A DNA stretch of 64,000 nucleotides from Hyphomicrobiales bacterium (GTDB taxonomy: Bacteria > Pseudomonadota > Alphaproteobacteria > Rhizobiales > Xanthobacteraceae), in the NCBI GenBank assembly GCA_021732215.1, contig JAKFVL010000010.1, forward strand, positions 10,547 to 74,546, in the 5' to 3' direction. Below are positions 46,501-56,474 of this stretch, piece after piece. The notes under the pieces are model-generated. The model did not search any database. It was not told the DNA's origin and was given only the letters and a program-made list of their open reading frames with translations. Each line of letters opens with the position of its first letter. Within the stretch, counting starts at the first letter, position 1. The position numbers and the translations under genes were made by a program.

Positions 46501-47522
46501 CTGCGCTGCGCATGCGGGCCCGCGATTTTCTAACCGAGGACCAACTGATCGCCGTGCGAACACGCAGCACATGGAAAGGCATCGCCCTGATCGTTCATGC
46601 GTGGGCGCTGATCGCAGGCTCGATCGCGCTGGTTGCGTGGTGGCCCAATCCCGTGACATTTCTGCTCGCGGTCGGGATCATCGGCTCGCGACAGCTCGGC
46701 CTCGCGATCCTGATGCATGACGGCGCGCATGGCTGTCTTTCCAGTGATGAGAAACTCAATCTGACGCTGAGCCAATGGTTTTGCGCCTATCCGGTGTTTG
46801 CCGAGACCCGCGCCTATCGCCGCTATCATCTGCAGCATCACGCCAACACGCAGCAGGACGACGATCCCGACCTGATCCTGTCGGCGCCGTTTCCAATTAC
46901 GAAAGTGAGTTATCGGCGCAAATTCCTGCGCGATATCACGGGGCAGACCGGCTACCAGCAGCGCAAGGCGCAAATTCTCAACGCGCTGGGGCCATCGGAG
47001 TGGCCAATCCAGCGGCGGGTCGTGCATTTTTGGGAGAAGCTCGGACCGCAGGTTTTGGTCAATTTGCTGATGGTCGGTGCGATGGCCCTGGCCGGCGTGT
47101 GGTGGGCCTATCCGTTGCTGTGGCTGTTGCCGCTGATGACATGGATGATGGTGATCACCCGCATCCGCAACATCGCCGAGCATGCGGTGGTGCCGGATTC
47201 CAGCGACCCGCTGCGCAACACCCGCACTACGCGCGCGAATGTTCTTGAACGGCTTTTCATCGCGCCGTATTACGTCAACTACCATCTCGAACATCATCTG
47301 TTGTTCTACATTCCCTGTTACAATCTTCCGCGCGTGCACCGGATTCTGTCGGAAAGCCCGCATGCCGGCCGGATGGAAGTGCAGCCGAACTACATGGCCG
47401 TGCTGCGGCTGGCGACGACGAAGCCGGACCACGAGGACCGCCCCGGCGAACTCGTCAGCATCGCCCGCCGCGCGCGGGCAGGCGCTACAGCCGCCGGCGA
47501 TCAGGCAGCGGGCGGATTCTAG
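46497..47522 (+). CDS. membrane fatty acid desaturase family protein (three His boxes)
   Basis: HDGAH, HLQHH and HLEHH histidine boxes with TM segments; 341 aa. Confidence 0.88.
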   Translation: MTALRMRARDFLTEDQLIAVRTRSTWKGIALIVHAWALIAGSIALVAWWPNPVTFLLAVGIIGSRQLGLAILMHDGAHGCLSSDEKLNLTLSQWFCAYPVFAETRAYRRYHLQHHANTQQDDDPDLILSAPFPITKVSYRRKFLRDITGQTGYQQRKAQILNALGPSEWPIQRRVVHFWEKLGPQVLVNLLMVGAMALAGVWWAYPLLWLLPLMTWMMVITRIRNIAEHAVVPDSSDPLRNTRTTRANVLERLFIAPYYVNYHLEHHLLFYIPCYNLPRVHRILSESPHAGRMEVQPNYMAVLRLATTKPDHEDRPGELVSIARRARAGATAAGDQAAGGF

Positions 47523-47588
47523 CTGCATTCTTCTCGCGGCGCGGCTTGACAGGGGTGCCCGGCTCCGTGTCATACGGCCCTCCTGTTT

Positions 47589-47636
47589 GAGCATGATCTC
47601 GTGGGGAAAAACCTTTTTCCGCGCTTTGTGCTTTGC
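47589..47636. repeat. family-A element, degenerate copy 3
   Basis: The left arm GAGCATGATCTCGTGGGGAAAAACC is recognisable; the right arm is decayed. Confidence 0.4.
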
Positions 47637-47648
47637 GAAGGGCGCGCG

Positions 47649-48605
47649 ATGACGGCAGCATTTACATTTCCGGGACAGGGTTCGCAGGCGGTCGGCATGG
47701 GCAAGGCCCTCGCCGAAGCGTTTCCGGCGGCGCGCGCGGTCTTCGATGAAGTCGACGCGGCTCTCGGTGAAAAGCTCACGGCGATTATCTGGGACGGACC
47801 GGCGGAGACGCTGCAACTGACAGAGAACGCGCAGCCGGCGTTGATGGCGATGTCGATCGCGACGCTGCGCGTTCTTGAGGCTGAAGCCGGTGTGTCGATT
47901 GCGCGTGACGTTAAATATGTCGCGGGTCATTCGCTCGGCGAATACTCTGCATTGGCCGCGGCTGGCGCATTCTCGATCAGCGATACGGCAAAGTTGCTGC
48001 GCACGCGCGGGCTGGCGATGCAGAAGGCGGTGCCTGTCGGCGCCGGCGCCATGGCCGCGTTGCTCGGTATGGAATACGACGTTGCCGTCGAGGTCGCGTC
48101 CGAGGCCGCGCAAGGCGAGGTTTGTCAGGCCGCCAACGACAATGGCGGCGGCCAGGTCGTCGTGTCAGGCAACAAGGCCGCGGTCGAACGCGCGGTCGAG
48201 ATCGCCAAGACCAGGGGCGCCAAGCGCGCGATGCTGCTGCCGGTATCGGCGCCGTTCCACTGCCGGCTGATGCAGCCTGCGGCCGACGCGATGGCGAAGG
48301 CGCTGTCGGATGTGAAGATCAACGCACCGTCAGTGCCGGTGGTCTCGAATGTGCTCGCGTCCGCGATCAGCGATCCGGATGAGATTCGCAAACGTCTGGT
48401 CGAGCAGGTTACGGGCACCGTGCGCTGGCGCGAGTCGGTGGCCTACATGGCGCAGAACGGCGTCACGCATTTTTTCGAGATCGGCGCGGGCAAGGTGCTA
48501 AGCGGTCTGGTCAAGCGCATCGCTGACGGCGCGACCGGCATTGCGGTCGGCGGTCCCGCCGACATCGAGGGCGCGAAAACCGCGCTTGCCGCGGCGAAGA
48601 GTTAA
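47649..48605 (+). CDS. fabD: malonyl CoA-acyl carrier protein transacylase
   Basis: FPGQGSQAVGMG and the active-site GHSLGEYSAL. Internal ATG of ORF 47601..48605. Confidence 0.95.
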   Translation: MTAAFTFPGQGSQAVGMGKALAEAFPAARAVFDEVDAALGEKLTAIIWDGPAETLQLTENAQPALMAMSIATLRVLEAEAGVSIARDVKYVAGHSLGEYSALAAAGAFSISDTAKLLRTRGLAMQKAVPVGAGAMAALLGMEYDVAVEVASEAAQGEVCQAANDNGGGQVVVSGNKAAVERAVEIAKTRGAKRAMLLPVSAPFHCRLMQPAADAMAKALSDVKINAPSVPVVSNVLASAISDPDEIRKRLVEQVTGTVRWRESVAYMAQNGVTHFFEIGAGKVLSGLVKRIADGATGIAVGGPADIEGAKTALAAAKS

Positions 48606-48643
48606 TTGAGCGTGATCGGGGTCATGCTCGACAGGAGAGTTTC

Positions 48644-49381
48644 ATGTTCGATCTGACTGGCAAGACCGCGCTCGTCACGGGTGCGACCGGCGGTATTGGT
48701 GGTGCGATCGCGAAAGCATTGCACAATCAGGGCGCAACCGTTGCGCTGTCCGGGACGCGCCGCGAGGTGCTGGATAAATTGGCCGCAGAACTCGGCAGCC
48801 GTGTTCACGTTCTGCCGTGCAATCTCTCCGATACCGCCGAGGTCGAGGCGCTGGTGCCATCCGCCGACAAGGCGATGGGCCACCTCGACATTCTCGTCGC
48901 CAATGCCGGTGTCACCAAAGACAACCTGTTCGTTCAACTCAGCGACGAGGCGTGGGACGATGTCATCCGCATCAATTTAACCGCGACATTTCGTCTATCC
49001 CGCGCTGCGACCAAGCTGATGATGCGCAAACGCTTCGGCCGCATCATCGCCATTACCTCCGTTGTCGGCGTGACCGGCAATGCGGGGCAGGGAAACTATG
49101 CGGCCTCGAAGGCAGGCTTGATCGGCATGATCAAGTCGATCGGTCAGGAGTACGCGCGCCGCAACGTGACCGCGAATTGCATCGCGCCGGGATTTATCGC
49201 AACGCCGATGACGGATGCGCTGAACGAAAAGCAGCGCGAGGCGGTGCTGGCGAAGGTTCCGGCAGGCCGGCTCGGTACGCCGGACGACATTGGCGCAGCC
49301 GCCGTCTATCTCGCATCCGATGAGGCTGCCTACGTGACCGGACAAACGCTGCACGTCAACGGCGGAATGGCAATGATTTGA
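48644..49381 (+). CDS. fabG: 3-oxoacyl-ACP reductase
   Basis: TGATGGIG, NAG, YAASKAG, and the C-terminal LHVNGGMAMI. Confidence 0.95.
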   Translation: MFDLTGKTALVTGATGGIGGAIAKALHNQGATVALSGTRREVLDKLAAELGSRVHVLPCNLSDTAEVEALVPSADKAMGHLDILVANAGVTKDNLFVQLSDEAWDDVIRINLTATFRLSRAATKLMMRKRFGRIIAITSVVGVTGNAGQGNYAASKAGLIGMIKSIGQEYARRNVTANCIAPGFIATPMTDALNEKQREAVLAKVPAGRLGTPDDIGAAAVYLASDEAAYVTGQTLHVNGGMAMI

Positions 49382-49679
49382 GGCGTCTGCTCGCTTATTT
49401 GAGGCGGTCATCTGGCCGGTCGGGGCGTGTGGTCAAGCCCCGGGAAGTGTGGTAACCGGACGGCCGTTGGGCGGGCGGAATTGGAGCGGGCAGAATTGGG
49501 ATTGCAGGATTTTCAAACCCTGTATATTGCCCTTCCGAAACCCGGTCGTTAGCTACCCGTTCCGGAACAGAGCACCAGTGCTCTGCGCGGCAAGCGGCGG
49601 GATGGACTGAGCGAACTCACCACGATAGCTCGTATCGTTTTACGGTCGAGTCCAATGGAACAAGCACGAGGTTGAAACG

Positions 49680-49919
49680 ATGAGCGAGATTGGCGAGCGG
49701 GTAAAGAAGATCGTGGTCGAACATCTGGGTGTCGAGCCGGAGAAAGTCGTGGAAGGCGCGAGCTTCATCGACGATCTCGGCGCGGACAGCCTCGATACGG
49801 TCGAGCTCGTCATGGCTTTCGAGGAAGAATTCGGCTGCGAGATTCCGGATGACGCGGCGGAGACGATTCTCACCGTCGGCGATGCCACCAAATTCCTGGA
49901 AAAGAACGCCAAGAGCTGA
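49680..49919 (+). CDS. acpP: acyl carrier protein
   Basis: Phosphopantetheine attachment motif [19 protein letters not shown]. Confidence 0.97.
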   Translation: MSEIGERVKKIVVEHLGVEPEKVVEGASFIDDLGADSLDTVELVMAFEEEFGCEIPDDAAETILTVGDATKFLEKNAKS

Positions 49920-49941
49920 GACCCGGATGCGATAACCGACC

Positions 49942-49980
49942 AGCCGGAAGGATCGCGCCGAAGCGGTCCGCCGGCTTTTT
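49942..49980 (+). terminator. rho-independent terminator/attenuator after acpP
   Basis: Two-part stem (AGCCGG/CCGGCT and GGATCGC/GCGGTCC with one G-U pair) followed by TTTTT, 23 nt after the acpP stop. Confidence 0.65.
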
Positions 49981-50034
49981 GGTGTTCGGCGTCATGCTGG
50001 TGTTAAACTCGCTGGCCGGATCGGAGAAGGACGG

Positions 50035-51300
50035 ATGAGACGGGTGGTCGTCACGGGGCTGGGCATGGTGTCGCCGCTCGGCTGTGGCGTCGAACTGACC
50101 TGGAAGCGCATTCTCAACAGCGAAAGCGGAGCACGGCAGGTCGAGAGCTTCGACGTGTCGGACCTGCCAAGCAAGGTCGCCTGCATCATTCCGCGCGGCG
50201 ACGGCAGCAACGGCACCTATAATCCTGACCAATGGATGGAGCCAAAGGACCAGCGCAAGGTAGATGATTTCATCGTCTTTGCGATGTGTGCCGCACATCA
50301 GGCGCTCGATGACGCCGACTGGCACCCGAAAGCCGAATCCGACAAGTGTGAGACCGGCGTGATGATCGGCTCCGGCATCGGCGGCATCGCCGGGATCGCC
50401 GAAGGTGCGATTTCGCTGAAGGAGCGCGGACCGCGCCGGATGTCGCCGTTCTTCATCCCGGGCCGCCTCATCAATCTCGCCTCGGGCTACGTGTCGATCC
50501 AGCATGGTCTGAAGGGACCGAACCACTCGGTGGTAACGGCCTGTTCGACCGGCGCGCATGCGATCGGCGACGCGGCGCGGATGATCGCGCTCGGCGACGC
50601 CGAGGTGATGGTGGCGGGCGGCAGCGAATCGCCGGTCAACCGCATGGCGTTTTCCGGCTTCTGCGCGCTCCGGGCGCTCTCGACAGGTTTCAACGATACG
50701 CCCGAGAGGGCCTCGCGGCCCTACGATCGCGATCGCGACGGTTTTGTAATGGGCGAGGGCGCGGCGGTCGTGGTGCTCGAGGAATACGAGCATGCCAGAA
50801 AGCGCGGCGCCAAGATGTACGCCGAGGTGGCCGGCTACGGCCTGTCGGGCGACGCTTTCCATATCACCGCTCCGTCCGAAGACGGCGATGGCGCCTACCG
50901 TTGCATGGCCGCCGCGATGAAGCGGGCGGGTATCTCCGCGGCAGACATCGATTACATCAACGCGCACGGCACCTCGACGCCGCTCGGCGACGAAATCGAG
51001 CTCGGCGCTGTGCAACGTCTGCTCGGCAATGCCGCCTCGAAGGTGTCGATGTCGTCGACCAAGTCGTCGATCGGACATCTGCTGGGGGCGGCCGGTGCGG
51101 CGGAAGCGATTTTTTGCACGCTCGCGATCCGCGACAATGTGGCGCCGCCGACCATCAATCTCGACAATGCTTCGGTCGAGACTGCCATCGATCTCGTGCC
51201 GCACAAGGCGCGTCAGCGTGAAGTCAACATTGCGTTGTCGAATTCCTTCGGGTTTGGCGGTACCAATGCGTCGCTGATTCTGCGTCGCGTGGCGAATTAA
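50035..51300 (+). CDS. fabF: beta-ketoacyl-ACP synthase II
   Basis: RRVVVTGLG, active-site ACSTGAH, INAHGTST, NSFGFGGTNASL. Confidence 0.96.
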   Translation: MRRVVVTGLGMVSPLGCGVELTWKRILNSESGARQVESFDVSDLPSKVACIIPRGDGSNGTYNPDQWMEPKDQRKVDDFIVFAMCAAHQALDDADWHPKAESDKCETGVMIGSGIGGIAGIAEGAISLKERGPRRMSPFFIPGRLINLASGYVSIQHGLKGPNHSVVTACSTGAHAIGDAARMIALGDAEVMVAGGSESPVNRMAFSGFCALRALSTGFNDTPERASRPYDRDRDGFVMGEGAAVVVLEEYEHARKRGAKMYAEVAGYGLSGDAFHITAPSEDGDGAYRCMAAAMKRAGISAADIDYINAHGTSTPLGDEIELGAVQRLLGNAASKVSMSSTKSSIGHLLGAAGAAEAIFCTLAIRDNVAPPTINLDNASVETAIDLVPHKARQREVNIALSNSFGFGGTNASLILRRVAN

Positions 51301-51431
51301 TGCATGATATTCAGCGACTCCACCGTTTTGCCGTATTCAGAGATATTTGTCATGACGGGCGGTAACGCAGTGCGGGCGGCAAAGGGACGGCTCCCCGCAA
51401 TGATCGGATCAACAGTGCCAGGTTTGCATCG

Positions 51432-52667
51432 ATGAGTGAACGGCCGCCGATTTCGCCGCGAAGCGCGCGTGCGCAGCTGGAGCCGGAACAGGTGCCTCAG
51501 CCGCGCCGGTCCGAACGCGCGCGCAATCCTTTCGTCATCGTCGGCAATGCCATTTTCACGCTGATCATCATCGCGATGATCGGCGCGGGCGCAGCGTACT
51601 TCTACGGCCGCCAACTGCTGGAAGCGCCCGGACCGTTGCAGGCCGACAAGATCGTCAATATTCCGACCAAACTCGGCACCAGGGACATCGCCGACATTTT
51701 GATCCGCGAGGGCGTAATCGACACCAACTGGTTGGGCTTCCTCGGCGGCGTCACTGCTCTGAAGGCGCGGTCCGAGCTGAAGTCCGGTGAATACCTGTTT
51801 CAGAAAAAAGCCAGCCTGCGTGACGTGATCGACGTGATCGTCGATGGCAAGGTCGTGCAGCACACCTTCACGATTCCGGAAGGCCTCACCTCGGAGCAGA
51901 TCGTGGCGCGGTTGCTGGAAAACGACGTACTCTCCGGCAGCATCAAAGAAGTGCCGCGCGAAGGCACGCTGCTCCCGGAAACCTACAAGTTCACCCGTGG
52001 CACCAGCCGCGACCAGATGATCCAGCGCCTCCAGCAATCGCAGAAGCGCGTGCTGGCCGAGGTGTGGGAACGGCGCAATCCGGACATTCTGGTGAAGTCG
52101 CCGGAGCAACTGGTGACCCTGGCATCCATCGTCGAGAAGGAAACCGGCCGCGCCGACGAGCGCAGCCGCGTCGCCGCGGTGTTCAGCAATCGCCTGCGTC
52201 AGAAGATGAAACTGCAGTCCGATCCGACGATCATCTACGGTCTGGTCGGTGGCAAGGGGACGCTGGGGCGGCCGATCAAGCGCAGCGAGATCACGCAACC
52301 TTCGCCTTACAATACATACGTCGTCGACGGCCTGCCGCCGGGACCGATCGCCAATCCGGGCCGCGCCTCGCTTGAAGCCACGGCAAATCCGGCCCGCACC
52401 CGCGACCTGTTCTTTGTCGCCGACGGCACCGGGGGGCATGCCTTTACCGAGACATATGACGCGCATCAGAAGAATGTCGTGAAGCTGCGTGCCCTCGAGA
52501 AGCAGCAGAACGACACGCTCGAGGCCGCAGAGGAACCGGCGCCGGCCGCAGCCGCGCCAACGGCTTTCGCGCCTGCCGACCCGTCCGCCGCGGCGCGGGC
52601 CGCGACGCCTCCGCCCGCCGCGCAGAAAAAGCAGCAACGCCCGCGGTCACCGCAGGCCGCTCAATAA
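51432..52667 (+). CDS. mltG: endolytic murein transglycosylase MltG (YceG family) with an Ala/Pro-rich C-terminal extension
   Basis: N-terminal TM segment, then TLASIVEKETG...SDPTIIYG...NTY...GLPPGPIANPG...FFVADGTGGHAF, the YceG motifs. Confidence 0.92.
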   Translation: MSERPPISPRSARAQLEPEQVPQPRRSERARNPFVIVGNAIFTLIIIAMIGAGAAYFYGRQLLEAPGPLQADKIVNIPTKLGTRDIADILIREGVIDTNWLGFLGGVTALKARSELKSGEYLFQKKASLRDVIDVIVDGKVVQHTFTIPEGLTSEQIVARLLENDVLSGSIKEVPREGTLLPETYKFTRGTSRDQMIQRLQQSQKRVLAEVWERRNPDILVKSPEQLVTLASIVEKETGRADERSRVAAVFSNRLRQKMKLQSDPTIIYGLVGGKGTLGRPIKRSEITQPSPYNTYVVDGLPPGPIANPGRASLEATANPARTRDLFFVADGTGGHAFTETYDAHQKNVVKLRALEKQQNDTLEAAEEPAPAAAAPTAFAPADPSAAARAATPPPAAQKKQQRPRSPQAAQ

Positions 52668-52737
52668 TCAGCTGCTGTTGATGACGCCTGGCCGCGCCTG
52701 AAAGTCGTTCCCGTTAGCTGTGACGATAATCTAGAGT

Positions 52738-52786
52738 GGGCATGATCCCGAAAAGTGGAAGCCGGTTTTCGGACGAGATCATGCCC
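52738..52786. repeat. family-A palindromic element, copy 4
   Basis: GGGCATGATCCCGAAAAGTGGAAGCCGGTTTTCGGACGAGATCATGCCC, nearly identical to copy 1. Confidence 0.85.
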
Positions 52787-52854
52787 AAACCAAAGACAAG
52801 CATCGAGTCCATTCAACGCTGCTGAATTTCAATCCCACCTGGAGTATCGCGCCG

Positions 52855-53742
52855 ATGGCGCTATCGAGCATGACCGGCTTCGCCAGAAGCCATGGCAGCA
52901 GCGGACCCTATACGTTCGAATGGGAGCTGAAGTCCGTTAACGCCAAGGGCCTCGACTTTCGGATGCGGTTGCCGGCCGGATGGGACGAGATCGAGGCGCT
53001 GGCGCGCAAGCGCGCGTCTGAACTGCTGTCGCGCGGGACGGTCTACGCCAATCTCACAGTCAAACGCACGGATGCCGCGGGCGCGGTGCGCATCAACGAC
53101 GACGTTCTGGCTGCGATCGTGAAGGTGTCCGCCGATCTTGCGGCGAGAACCGGCGCTGCGCCGCCGAGCGTCGATGGATTGCTCGGGATCAAGGGCGTCA
53201 TCGAAATCGCCGAACCTCAAACCGACGAGGCCGTGGAGCAGGCTGCGAAGCAAGCCGTCGCTGCGGGCTTCGAGCAAGCGCTGACGGCGCTGCTTGAGAT
53301 GCGAAAGCGTGAAGGTGCGACACTCGGCGATGTTCTCACGCAGCGAATGGACGAGATCGAGGTACTGGCGAAAGCTGCCGAAACCGCACCCGGGCGCAAG
53401 CCTGACGCGATCAAGGCGAAGCTCGCCGAGCAGATCGCCGCGTTGCTGGAAACATCGGAGCGTTTCGATCCGGACCGGCTGCATCAGGAAGCGCTGTTGA
53501 TTGCGACCAAGGCCGACATCCGCGAAGAACTGGACCGCATCTCCTCGCACGTCGCGCAGGCCCGCGAGCTTCTGGCGAAGGGCGGTGCGGTTGGCCGGCG
53601 GCTGGATTTCCTGTCGCAGGAATTCAACCGCGAGGTGAACACCTGCTGCTCGAAATCGAACGATCTCGATTTGACCAACACCGGCATGCAGATGAAGAAT
53701 GTCGTCGAGCAATTCCGCGAACAGGTTCAGAATCTGGAGTGA
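52855..53742 (+). CDS. YicC family stress-induced protein
   Basis: SMTGFAR N-terminus and C-terminal FLSQEFNREVNT...MKNVVEQFREQVQNLE. Confidence 0.92.
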   Translation: MALSSMTGFARSHGSSGPYTFEWELKSVNAKGLDFRMRLPAGWDEIEALARKRASELLSRGTVYANLTVKRTDAAGAVRINDDVLAAIVKVSADLAARTGAAPPSVDGLLGIKGVIEIAEPQTDEAVEQAAKQAVAAGFEQALTALLEMRKREGATLGDVLTQRMDEIEVLAKAAETAPGRKPDAIKAKLAEQIAALLETSERFDPDRLHQEALLIATKADIREELDRISSHVAQARELLAKGGAVGRRLDFLSQEFNREVNTCCSKSNDLDLTNTGMQMKNVVEQFREQVQNLE

Positions 53743-53745
53743 TGC

Positions 53746-54402
53746 ATGGCAAGTGGCCACGGCAGCGACAGTCTTGAGCGGCGCGGGCTGATGTTCGTGC
53801 TGTCCTCGCCCTCCGGCGCGGGCAAGACCACGCTGTCGCGCATGCTGCTCGGCAAAATTCCGGGTCTCAACATGTCGGTGTCGGCGACGACACGGCCGAT
53901 GCGTCCGGGCGAGATCGACGGCCGCGACTATCATTTCGTCGACAAGGCGCGCTTCACGGAGATGGTGAAGGGCGATGAGCTGCTCGAGCATGCCACCGTG
54001 TTCGACAACTCCTATGGCACGCCGCGCGCGCCGGTGGAGGCCGCGCTCTCGTCAGGCAAGGATGTGCTGTTCGACATCGATTGGCAGGGGACGCAGCAAT
54101 TACGGGAGAAGGCGCGGGCCGATGTGGTTAGCGTCTTCATCCTGCCGCCGTCAGCCGCCGATCTGGAGAAGCGGCTGCATACCCGCGCGCAGGATTCCGA
54201 CGAGGTCATCCGCGGCCGGATGGACCGCGCCAGCCATGAGATGAGTCACTGGGCGGAATACGACTATATCGTCGTCAATCATACGCTGGACGAAGCGTTC
54301 GCCGAAGTGCAGTCGATCCTGAAGGCCGAGCGGCTCAAGCGCGAGCGCCGGATCGGGCTGACGTCATTCGTGCGCCAGCTGCAGAAGCAGCTCGAAAAGT
54401 AA
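53746..54402 (+). CDS. gmk: guanylate kinase
   Basis: P-loop SSPSGAGKTTL, TTRPMRPGE.DG.DYHF, DIDWQG. Confidence 0.95.
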   Translation: MASGHGSDSLERRGLMFVLSSPSGAGKTTLSRMLLGKIPGLNMSVSATTRPMRPGEIDGRDYHFVDKARFTEMVKGDELLEHATVFDNSYGTPRAPVEAALSSGKDVLFDIDWQGTQQLREKARADVVSVFILPPSAADLEKRLHTRAQDSDEVIRGRMDRASHEMSHWAEYDYIVVNHTLDEAFAEVQSILKAERLKRERRIGLTSFVRQLQKQLEK

Positions 54403-54415
54403 ACCCGGTGCCTCT

Positions 54416-54527
54416 CGTCATTGCGAGCCAACGGGTCCGCGCAAAGCGCGGCCCGATGACAGGCTCCGCGAAGCAATCCACATCACAGCGATGGATTGCT
54501 TCGTCGCTGGCGCTCCTCGCAATGACG
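54416..54527. repeat. family-B palindromic element, copy 3
   Basis: CGTCATTGCGAGCC...GCGAAGCAATCCACATCACAGCGATGGATTGCTTCGTCGC...CTCCTCGCAATGACGG, between convergent gmk and the ADH gene. Confidence 0.85.
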
Positions 54528-54537
54528 GATGGCTGTC

Positions 54538-55596
54538 TCAATTCACCAGCATGATGCGGCCGACGACCTTGCCGGCGCGAAGCTGATCGATCCAGGTCTG
54601 CACTTTCGCCATCGGCTCCTGCTTCATTGGCACTGGCTTGACTTTGCCCGCGCGCGCGAGCGCCATCAACTCCTGGGCTTCCGCAAGCGTGCCAGTCATG
54701 AAACCCTCGATGGTCATGCGCTTGTAGATCCACTGCACCGTCGGCATGCTGAAGTTGCCGCCCATCAGGCCGGATACGACGATCTTGCCGCCGCGCGCCA
54801 CGACCGAGGTCGCAAACGCCATCGACTTCTCGCTGCCGGCGAAATCGACGATGGCGTCGAAGCCGCCACCAGTCTCCTTCACCATTCGTCTGGCAACTTC
54901 GGCCTCGCTGGGGTCGTAGGCGGCCGCGGCTCCGTTCTTCAGCGCTGCCGCTCGTGCGTCGGCGCTGAGATCGGCAACCGAGATGGCCTGCTTGAACAGC
55001 GCGGGCGCGATCGACAGTCCCATCATGCCGACGCCGCCCAGCCCGATCAGCAGCAGGTTGCGCTGGCGTCCGCGGCCTGCGAGGCGCTTCAGCGCGCCAT
55101 ACGCAGTGATGCCCGAGCACATCAGCGTCGCCGCCATGTCGGGCGCAACATCGCCATACGGGATCAGGTACTTTGCATCGGGCACCAGCACGTGGGTCGA
55201 GAAACCACCATCTATTGAAACACCGAGGAAGCGGTTGCGGGCGCACAGGTTCTCGTCGCCGTTCAGGCAATCGCGGCACTGGCCGCAACCGATCCATGGA
55301 AACACCGCGAACGTCTTCCCGACAATATCTTTCGGCGCATCGGGGCCGACCTCATCGACGACGCCTGCGATCTCGTGACCCAGCGTGAATGGCAGCGTCA
55401 TGCCGCGCGTGGTGTCGAGCTTCTGGCCGTTTCCGATATCCGCATAGCCGTCCTGGATGTGCAGGTCCGAATGGCACAAACCGCAACGGTCGATCTTGAC
55501 CAGAACTTCAGAAGCCTTCGGCTTCGGCGTATCGACAATGGTTTCGCACAGCGGTGCACCGAACTTGACCAGCGACTGGCGACGCATCTGCGCCAT
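54538..55596 (-). CDS. zinc-dependent alcohol dehydrogenase family protein
   Basis: GLCHSDLH and GHEIAG zinc-site motifs, and GLGGVG cofactor motif. The ATG at 55596 is preceded by GAGGAG, so it is preferred over the TTG at 55611. Confidence 0.9.
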   Translation of the reverse strand: MAQMRRQSLVKFGAPLCETIVDTPKPKASEVLVKIDRCGLCHSDLHIQDGYADIGNGQKLDTTRGMTLPFTLGHEIAGVVDEVGPDAPKDIVGKTFAVFPWIGCGQCRDCLNGDENLCARNRFLGVSIDGGFSTHVLVPDAKYLIPYGDVAPDMAATLMCSGITAYGALKRLAGRGRQRNLLLIGLGGVGMMGLSIAPALFKQAISVADLSADARAAALKNGAAAAYDPSEAEVARRMVKETGGGFDAIVDFAGSEKSMAFATSVVARGGKIVVSGLMGGNFSMPTVQWIYKRMTIEGFMTGTLAEAQELMALARAGKVKPVPMKQEPMAKVQTWIDQLRAGKVVGRIMLVN

Positions 55597-55607
55597 GGGC
55601 ACTCTCC

Positions 55608-56474
55608 TCAAACCGGGTTTGATTTTGCGGCCTGTATATCCGCCAATTCACGGGCCATGGCAACAAATCCGGACACGGGAACGGTCTCGGCGCGTCGCGT
55701 CGGATCGATACCTGCGGCAGCCGCCAGTTGCGACGGATCGGCGCTCAATGATTTGAGGCTTTGCCGCAACATCTTGCGCCGTTGCCCGAATGCGGCAGCC
55801 GTGACGCGCTCCAGCGTTCGCAGGTCGCACGGCTCGGGTGCAGCGCGCGGGATCAGGCGCACCACCGACGAGGTCACGTTTGGCGGCGGCACAAAGGCGC
55901 TCGGCGAAATATCGAACAGAATTCTTGTCTCCGCGCGCCAGTTGGCGAGCACCGCGAGCCGCCCGTAGGCCTCGTCGTTGTCGCGTGCGGCAATCCGCTC
56001 GGCGACCTCTCGCTGGAACATCAGCACCATCATGTCGAACCACGGCGGCCACGGCTCGGTGCTGAGCCAGCCGACCAAGAGCGGCGTCGCGATGTTGTAG
56101 GGCAGGTTGGCGACTATGCTGGCGCGGGCTTCGCCGAGCAGAGACCTTGGGTCGAAGGTCATCGCGTCCGCGTTCACGATATCGAGCCGCCCGGGATAGC
56201 GCTGCGCGATCTCTTCCAGCGCCGGGATCGCGCGTTCGTCGCGTTCGACAGCGATCACGCGCTTGGCTCCGAGCGCCAGCAGCGCGCGGGTCAGGCCGCC
56301 CGGGCCCGGACCGATCTCGACCACGGTGCGGTCATGCAGCGGCTCGGCGGCGCGGGCGATGCGGGCCGTCAGATTCAAATCGAGCAGGAAGTTCTGACCG
56401 AGCGATTTGCGTGCCGACAGGCCGTGCTTCCGGATCACCTCGCGCAGCGGCGGCAGGTCGTCGATGGCGCTCAT
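55608..56474 (-). CDS. rsmA: 16S rRNA (adenine1518/1519-N6)-dimethyltransferase
   Basis: [27 protein letters not shown] overlap with the pdxA stop. Confidence 0.95.
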   Translation of the reverse strand: MSAIDDLPPLREVIRKHGLSARKSLGQNFLLDLNLTARIARAAEPLHDRTVVEIGPGPGGLTRALLALGAKRVIAVERDERAIPALEEIAQRYPGRLDIVNADAMTFDPRSLLGEARASIVANLPYNIATPLLVGWLSTEPWPPWFDMMVLMFQREVAERIAARDNDEAYGRLAVLANWRAETRILFDISPSAFVPPPNVTSSVVRLIPRAAPEPCDLRTLERVTAAAFGQRRKMLRQSLKSLSADPSQLAAAAGIDPTRRAETVPVSGFVAMARELADIQAAKSNPV

